Assembly: GCA_043800725.1 (NCBI GenBank)
Contig: JAZDMR010000015.1
Span: forward strand, 68,065-132,064
From: a bacterium
GTDB lineage: Bacteria > Patescibacteriota > Patescibacteriia > HK-STAS-PATE-3
Length of the DNA stretch: 64,000 nucleotides
Reading direction: 5' to 3'
Part shown: piece by piece, positions 57,980-64,000 of the stretch
Layout: every line of letters begins with the position of its first letter
Position numbering within the stretch: position 1 is the first letter of the stretch
The notes under the pieces: generated by a model
What the model was told of the DNA's origin: nothing
Databases searched by the model: none
The model's input: only the letters and a program-made list of their open reading frames with translations
Translations under genes and position numbers: made by a program

Positions 57980-59026
57980 ATGTTACTTGATACGTTTTCC
58001 ATAATAAAGGTTTTATCTTTTGCGGCTGTAGCATTTATAGTCACAGTTATTTGGACTCCATTTCTAACAAATTTTTTATACAAGCATAAAATAGGCAAAC
58101 AAATTCGCGATTCTGGTTCAGCACCGATATTTGCCAAGCTTCACATGAAAAAGTCAGGCACTCCTACTATGGGCGGTGTTTTAATTTGGATAACGACTTT
58201 GGGGCTAGCTTTACTGTTTGCCTGCTTAGCCGCCATAACTGAAGTGCCGTTTTTCAAAGACATTAATTTTCTTACTCGTTCAGAAACCCTATTGCCGCTA
58301 GGCGCCTTGATAGCCACTGCTTTGGTGGGACTAGCTGATGACTATTTCAATGTGAGGAAAATGGGAGCTAATGGCGGCGGACTTAGGGTCAGACATAAAT
58401 TAGTCATATATTCCGTTATTTCGATTATTGCTGCTTGGTGGTTTGTGGCCAAACTTGATTGGACTACTATACATGTTCCATTTGCGGGCAACTTTGATAT
58501 TGGCTGGTGGTTTGCTCCGATCATTATATTTATTATTGTGGCCACATCTTTTTCAGTGAATGAAACCGATGGTCTTGATGGTTTAGCCGGCGGAACCTTG
58601 TTAGCTGCTTTTTTTGCCTTTGCCTTTATTGCTTTTATGCAGGATAAGGTTAATTTAGCTACATTCTGTGCTGTTATTTCCGGAAGCTTACTGGCTTTTT
58701 TGTGGTTCAATATATCTCCGGCCAGGTTTTTTATGGGTGATACGGGTTCGATGGCGCTGGGGACCACCCTAGGTATTGTGGCGATTCTTACTAATTCAGT
58801 ATTTATATTGCCAATTATTGGCTTGGTGTTTATGGTCGAAGCTTTGTCAGTGATTATTCAGCTGCTATCGAAAAAAATAAGGAAAAAGAAAATATTTCAA
58901 TCTTCACCTCTGCATCATCATTTAGAGGCAATTGGCTGGCCAGAAACAAAAATTGTTATGCGTTTTTGGGTAATCTCCGCAGTCATGGCGGTAGCTGGAG
59001 TAAGCTTTTATTTGATCGACAAATAA
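57980..59026 (+). CDS. mraY: Phospho-N-acetylmuramoyl-pentapeptide transferase
   Basis: KSGTPTMGG, DD, NETDGLDGL, FMGDTGS, PLHHH. Confidence 0.97.
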   Translation: MLLDTFSIIKVLSFAAVAFIVTVIWTPFLTNFLYKHKIGKQIRDSGSAPIFAKLHMKKSGTPTMGGVLIWITTLGLALLFACLAAITEVPFFKDINFLTRSETLLPLGALIATALVGLADDYFNVRKMGANGGGLRVRHKLVIYSVISIIAAWWFVAKLDWTTIHVPFAGNFDIGWWFAPIIIFIIVATSFSVNETDGLDGLAGGTLLAAFFAFAFIAFMQDKVNLATFCAVISGSLLAFLWFNISPARFFMGDTGSMALGTTLGIVAILTNSVFILPIIGLVFMVEALSVIIQLLSKKIRKKKIFQSSPLHHHLEAIGWPETKIVMRFWVISAVMAVAGVSFYLIDK

Positions 59027-59027
59027 T

Positions 59028-60440
59028 ATGGCAAAAAAAATAATAAGCAACCCAGTACTTTTTAAGTCTCTGGCTAGGATTTGGAAAGGAAAAAAAGTAA
59101 TTGTGATGGGTTTGGGTGTTTATGAATGGGGCAGCGGCTGGTCATCAGCAGCTTTTTTTGCTGAGTTGGGTTCCAAGGTAACTGTCACTGACTTAAAAAG
59201 CAAAGCTCAGCTACAGCAGGGGATTAAGGCATTAAAAAAGTATAAGATTAAGTATGTCCTTGGCAGGCATAGATTAACTGACTTTAGCAACGCTGATTTA
59301 ATTGTAAAAAATCCTGTAGTCAAAAACAGCTCTATATATTTAAAACAGGCCAGAAAAAATAACATACCCATAGAAACTGATATAAGCTTTTTTGTTCAAA
59401 ACTGTCCCAGTATAATAATTGGAATAACAGGTACAAGGGGTAAAACTACCACTGCTACGCTTATTCAGCATATGCTGAAATCAAAATGGCCAAATCTATT
59501 ATTAGGCGGCAATTTAGGAACTTCGCCCTTGCGCTCTCTTTATAAGTGCAAAAAAGAAGAGCCAGTTATCTTAGAACTATCTAGCTGGATGCTGGAAAGT
59601 ATGGCAGAAAAGAAAATTAGCCCTCATATCTCGTTAATAACAAATATTTATCCAGATCATCTAAATTATTACACAAGCTATACTTCTTATATAAAAGCCA
59701 AAGCAAATATTGTTAAATATCAATCCATAAAAGATGTTTGCTTTTATAATTATGATCAGGCTCTGGTCAGAGACATGGTGTTATTTGCCAAAAGCCAAAA
59801 ACAACCGTTTTCATTAAAAAACCTCTCATCTAAACATGTTTGTTTGCATGGTAATAAAATTAAACTTGGCACCAAGACAATAGGAGACATTAGTAATTTA
59901 CAAATACCCGGAAGCCACAATATTGAAAACGCCATTGCCGCCGTATCAGTTGCCAACCATTTTAAAGTTAATTCAGCCATTATAAATACCAAACTAAAAT
60001 CATTTAAAGGCGTACATGACCGACTGGAAAAAGTGCGAAAAATTGGATCGATTACTTTTTATAACGACACCACAGCCACTATTCCAGAAGCAACCATTTC
60101 AGCTATTAGATCACTGCCTGAGCCGATTGTGCTTATTGCGGGAGGAACAGATAAAGAGCTGAAATTTAATCAGCTTGTCTCAATTATAAAAAAGGAAGTA
60201 AGTCAGCTGATTTTATTGCCAGGTACGGCTACCCAGAAAATAATTAAGCAATTGAATAAAAATAACTATAATTTTATCGGGCCTGTAAAAGATATGCCAC
60301 AAGCCGTAAGCCAGGCCGTGAAAGTAGCGGCAAAAAATTCAAGTGTTTTGTTATCGCCAGCCAGCGCCAGCTTTGGCTTGTTTATTAACGAATTTGATAG
60401 AGGCAAACAGTTTATTGGCGCAGTTAAGAAACTGAAATAA
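59028..60440 (+). CDS. murD: UDP-MurNAc-L-Ala:D-Glu ligase
   Basis: GITGTRGKTTT, GGN.G, ELSS, PDHLN, NDT.AT, LLSPASASF...F..RG. Confidence 0.93.
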   Translation: MAKKIISNPVLFKSLARIWKGKKVIVMGLGVYEWGSGWSSAAFFAELGSKVTVTDLKSKAQLQQGIKALKKYKIKYVLGRHRLTDFSNADLIVKNPVVKNSSIYLKQARKNNIPIETDISFFVQNCPSIIIGITGTRGKTTTATLIQHMLKSKWPNLLLGGNLGTSPLRSLYKCKKEEPVILELSSWMLESMAEKKISPHISLITNIYPDHLNYYTSYTSYIKAKANIVKYQSIKDVCFYNYDQALVRDMVLFAKSQKQPFSLKNLSSKHVCLHGNKIKLGTKTIGDISNLQIPGSHNIENAIAAVSVANHFKVNSAIINTKLKSFKGVHDRLEKVRKIGSITFYNDTTATIPEATISAIRSLPEPIVLIAGGTDKELKFNQLVSIIKKEVSQLILLPGTATQKIIKQLNKNNYNFIGPVKDMPQAVSQAVKVAAKNSSVLLSPASASFGLFINEFDRGKQFIGAVKKLK

Positions 60441-60495
60441 TCAATTATCAAATATCAATATTCAAGAAAGAATTAGTAATTAGTACCTAGTAATC

Positions 60496-61617
60496 ATGCA
60501 AAAGCAGCATCAGCCAGACTATCCTTTAATGTTCATAATTCTTGGATTGGTTGTTTTTGGTCTGATTATGCTTTCCTCAGCTTCGTCAGTCAGCTCATTT
60601 CAGCAGTTTGGCGATCCTAATGTACTGATCAAAAGGCAAATGTTAAGCGCGTTAGTTGCCGTGGCAGTATTTTTTATCATGATGAGGTTTGATTATAAAA
60701 TTTGGAAAAATTTGGCCTTGGTCATGCTGCTGATATCAATTGGTTTTTTGGTTATGGTGTTTATTCCAGGTATTGGCGTGGAATACTTGGGCGCCAGGCG
60801 TTGGATAGATTTAGGCATTCAATTCCAGCCGACCGAAGTAGTTAAATTAACTTTCTTGATTTATCTAGCAAGCTGGCTGGTTAAAAAGAAAGAAGGGTTA
60901 AAAGACATCACAATAAGTTTTATGCCTTTCTTGATTTTATTGGGTACGATTACTTTATTAGTCATGGCTCAGCCCGATCTGGGCACTATGACGGTAATCG
61001 CCTTGATTGCCATGGTAACGTATTTTGTGGCCGGCGCACCGTTGATTCACTTTGTCTGGATAGCCGGAATCAGCGCAGCGTTGTTTGGCGTTTTAATAAA
61101 AATTGCCCCATATCGCGCAGCCAGATTCACGGTATTTCTTAATCCTGAATTGGATCCCCAGGGCGTGGGCTATCATATTAATCAGGCGTTACTGGCCATT
61201 GGTTCTGGCGGAATCTTCGGCGTAGGCTTGGGCCATTCTCGTCAAAAATTTAATTATTTGCCGGAAGCTTCAGGCGACTCCATATTCGCCATAATTGCAG
61301 AGGAGCTGGGATTTATCATGGTTACGCTACTAGTACTGGCTTTTTTGTTTTTGCTGATTAGGGGTTTCAATGTAGCCAGAAACGCTCCTGATATGTTTGG
61401 CAAGCTAATGGCTACTGGTATTACTACTTGGTTTGCTTTTCAGGCTTTTATAAATATTGGCGCGCTATCGGGAATCCTGCCGCTAACAGGAATTCCTTTG
61501 CCGTTTATCAGCTTTGGCGGTTCTGCTTTAATAATATCCATGGCCGCGGCCGGTATCTTATTAAATATTAGCAGACAGACCAGTTTGGCAAATAAATCGC
61601 CTAGCAGGGGTTATTAA
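60496..61617 (+). CDS. ftsW: SEDS peptidoglycan polymerase FtsW
   Basis: GARRWI, QPTE..K, QPDLG, YLPE...D.IF....EE.G, GIPLPFISFGGS. Confidence 0.95.
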   Translation: MQKQHQPDYPLMFIILGLVVFGLIMLSSASSVSSFQQFGDPNVLIKRQMLSALVAVAVFFIMMRFDYKIWKNLALVMLLISIGFLVMVFIPGIGVEYLGARRWIDLGIQFQPTEVVKLTFLIYLASWLVKKKEGLKDITISFMPFLILLGTITLLVMAQPDLGTMTVIALIAMVTYFVAGAPLIHFVWIAGISAALFGVLIKIAPYRAARFTVFLNPELDPQGVGYHINQALLAIGSGGIFGVGLGHSRQKFNYLPEASGDSIFAIIAEELGFIMVTLLVLAFLFLLIRGFNVARNAPDMFGKLMATGITTWFAFQAFINIGALSGILPLTGIPLPFISFGGSALIISMAAAGILLNISRQTSLANKSPSRGY

Positions 61618-61655
61618 GAAATAAAATTACCGGAGTTTAATTATATTTTCTTATT

Positions 61656-62279
61656 ATGAATAAACAAAAAACCCAAGTATTTCATATCCATGGCGGAAAT
61701 ACCTTTTACAATAAAAAAGAATATTTAAGGTATTTGAAAACCCGGGATATTAGAATTGAAAAAAAGATAAGCTGGAATGGTGATTACTTGGAAAATAAAC
61801 TGGGAAAAGAATTTCAAATTATCCAACCCCGCATGCCGCTTCAGGATTGTGCCAAGTATGATGAATGGAAAATACACTTTGAGAGATTTATCCCAAAACT
61901 AAGAAGTAATATAATACTTATTGGACAATCATTGGGTGGCATTTTCTTGGCTAAGTATTTGTCAGAAAATAAATTTCCAAAGAAAATTCTATCAACCTAT
62001 CTGGTTTGTCCTCCATTTGATAATACTTTACCCACAGAAAACCTGGTTGGCGGATTTAAGTTGAAAGCAGATTTGTCTTTATTGGAAACTAATTCCAAAA
62101 ATCTTTATCTGCTGTTTTCAAAAAACGATAAAGTGGTTCCTGTATCACAAGCTAAAAAATATGAAAACAAGCTAAAACATGCCAAGATTATCATTTACAA
62201 GCACATCAAAGGCCATTTTCAAATATCAAAGTTTCCCGAGATTGTCAGAATGATTAAGCAAGATGTGAGAAATTGCTAA
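61656..62279 (+). CDS. Alpha/beta hydrolase (RBBP9/YdeN-like)
   Basis: HIHGG, GQSLGG nucleophile elbow, ND.VVP, GHF. Confidence 0.85.
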   Translation: MNKQKTQVFHIHGGNTFYNKKEYLRYLKTRDIRIEKKISWNGDYLENKLGKEFQIIQPRMPLQDCAKYDEWKIHFERFIPKLRSNIILIGQSLGGIFLAKYLSENKFPKKILSTYLVCPPFDNTLPTENLVGGFKLKADLSLLETNSKNLYLLFSKNDKVVPVSQAKKYENKLKHAKIIIYKHIKGHFQISKFPEIVRMIKQDVRNC

Positions 62280-62337
62280 TCAATATTTTTAATCTATCTT
62301 GTTATGTGTTTAGGAAGAGAGGTATGATGAGAATATC

Positions 62338-63714
62338 ATGAACAACCTTTTTGAATTTTCTGATTTATCGCTAACTCAACTGGCACCTACATATGCTCAA
62401 GGGTCTATTTGGCTGGAGGAAGGTATGGATAAGCAAATTGCCACCTTTGATTTGCTTATCAGGGATATGCCAAAAAACAGGAATTACCTGGTTTATGGCG
62501 GACTAGAAGAGATCGTCCATTATTTAAAAAATTTGAAATATTCGGATGAACAAATTCAACTTTTACGTAAAGGCGGCCTGATCACAAATAAATTTGCCAA
62601 ATATTTAGAAAAGTTTAGTTTTTCAGGGGATGTTTATGCTCTGCCAGAGGGAACGATATTTTTCCCAGGCGAACCTATTGTCCGTATAACAGCGCCGGTA
62701 ATCGAAGCATCACTCATTGAAATTGCGCTATTTGGCATAACCGTATCCAATGTGATTTATTTATCAAAGGCCGCCAGGATAAAGAGTGTTATAGAAAATA
62801 AAAGCGTAAGCTTGGGCATGCAACGGGCGCATTCTTTTGAATCTGGCTTGAAAGGCTTGCGTAACGGTGACATTTGCGGATTGTCAGCCAATGCCTGGCC
62901 GGTCTTTGTAAATAAATATAAAATACCAGAAAATAGAGAATATCTAATTAATGGTCAGCATTTTTTTATCAAATCATTCCCCAATGAAATTACCGCTTTT
63001 AGAAAACTTGCAAAATATTTTCCCAAAGATGTTTCTTTCATGATAGACACTTATGATATCAGTCAGGGTTTAAAAAATGCCATCACCATAGGAAGAGAAT
63101 TAAAGCAAAAAGGCCACACTCTGCGGTATGTCACTATTGATGCCGGTGATTTAGGTAAATTATCACGAATGGTCAGAAAAGGATTAGATGGAAACGGCCT
63201 TGATAAAGTTAAGATTATCGCAGCAACAAATTTGGATGAATACAAAATTAAACACTTAATGAAAAAGAAAGCTCCAATTGATGTATTTATCGTAGCAACT
63301 GAATATTCAACAATGTCTGATTCTCCGAATATTGAAGTGGTATACAAAATTGCTGAACTTCGCGATGGAAAGAAAATTCACAATACTGCAAAGTTAACAC
63401 CGGGAAAAGTCAGCTACCCGGGACGTAAACAGGTTTTTCGTGAGTTTAAAAAGGGTAAAATATATCGAGATACAATTGGTTTGGAAAACGAAAAGTTTGG
63501 AACTCCTTTACTTAAAATGGTAATAAAAAAAGGGAGGCCAGTAGTAAAAATGCCAAAGATAAAGACTATACAAAAATATTTCAATAGGCAGTTAGCCTCC
63601 ATACCAACAAAACTCCTAGACATTGAAAAAAAACAGACATACCAGGTTGATGTAAGTAATAAATTAAAAAATTTGTTGACTAAAGTCGAACAAGAGCAAA
63701 AAAGCAGTAAATAA
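62338..63714 (+). CDS. pncB: Nicotinate phosphoribosyltransferase homologue (divergent)
   Basis: ATFDL..R..P..R.Y, EGT..FPGEP, IDTYD, LDEY, VYK..E, K.SYPGRKQVFR; several catalytic motifs altered. Confidence 0.75.
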   Translation: MNNLFEFSDLSLTQLAPTYAQGSIWLEEGMDKQIATFDLLIRDMPKNRNYLVYGGLEEIVHYLKNLKYSDEQIQLLRKGGLITNKFAKYLEKFSFSGDVYALPEGTIFFPGEPIVRITAPVIEASLIEIALFGITVSNVIYLSKAARIKSVIENKSVSLGMQRAHSFESGLKGLRNGDICGLSANAWPVFVNKYKIPENREYLINGQHFFIKSFPNEITAFRKLAKYFPKDVSFMIDTYDISQGLKNAITIGRELKQKGHTLRYVTIDAGDLGKLSRMVRKGLDGNGLDKVKIIAATNLDEYKIKHLMKKKAPIDVFIVATEYSTMSDSPNIEVVYKIAELRDGKKIHNTAKLTPGKVSYPGRKQVFREFKKGKIYRDTIGLENEKFGTPLLKMVIKKGRPVVKMPKIKTIQKYFNRQLASIPTKLLDIEKKQTYQVDVSNKLKNLLTKVEQEQKSSK

Positions 63715-63742
63715 CCATTTATCACTCAATAAAATTGCACAC

Positions 63743-63779
63743 AAGAAAAACCCGCCAGGTCGAAAAATGACATAGCGGG
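63743..63779 (-). terminator. Putative intrinsic terminator between convergent genes
   Basis: CCCGC...GCGGG stem (63751-63779) followed on the minus strand by a T-run. Confidence 0.5.
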
Positions 63780-63802
63780 AAGCAATAGGTTTGCTCAGTC
63801 CT

Positions 63803-64000
63803 TTATTTTCCCTGATTAAGGGTAACTTTAAGTCCGGCAAGCGCCTCGAAAAACTTATCTTGCCAGTATTGCTGGTGCTCTGACCCCACAGGTACTGAGT
63901 TATTATAAAGAGCATTAGCAATCGCAAAGAGGTGTTCTTGACCATCAGTTCCTAGATCTACCAAGCCATCCATATTTTTATCGTAAATCTCATTGGCAAG
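63803..64000 (-). CDS. C-terminal 65 aa of a hypothetical protein entering from beyond the window
   Basis: Open frame from base 64000: LANEIYDKNMDGLVDLGTDGQEH...LNQGK*, with the stop just ahead of the terminator. Confidence 0.55.
   Translation of the reverse strand, partial: LANEIYDKNMDGLVDLGTDGQEHLFAIANALYNNSVPVGSEHQQYWQDKFFEALAGLKVTLNQGK

Noticed and set aside
63664-63945. 93-aa minus-strand ORF in the track
   Set aside because: It overlaps the pncB end and the terminator. A different frame open to the window edge (63803..64000) is the more plausible gene.

Overview
Gene-dense bacterial chromosomal segment using standard code 11 (TGA is used as a stop). It has tight or overlapping gene junctions, few obvious Shine-Dalgarno sites and a type IV pilus cluster of the kind found in Candidate Phyla Radiation (CPR) genomes, so a Patescibacteria/Parcubacteria-type genome is inferred. 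About 1-30 kb is a large surface-glycan locus: GT2/GT4 glycosyltransferases, four SAM methyltransferases, an epimerase, a flippase and several GT-C-like membrane proteins. It is interrupted at about 24.96-26.18 kb by a HUH/Y1 (RAYT-like) transposase. That gene is bracketed by 220-bp direct repeats built from ~115-bp palindromic units, and the right copy carries a 105-bp GC-rich hairpin insert at a palindrome apex. About 30-39 kb holds rfbC, a PfkB kinase, ahcY, tdh, a frameshifted kbl, a Nudix gene, an RDD gene and rfbBDA. About 39-64 kb holds a PEGA protein, murA, an S41 protease, acyP, rplI, pyrG, rpmA, a pilB-pilC-minor pilin-pilMNO cluster, a GT39-like protein, mraY, murD, ftsW, an alpha/beta hydrolase and a PncB homologue with altered active-site motifs. 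No rRNA, tRNA or CRISPR-Cas was seen.
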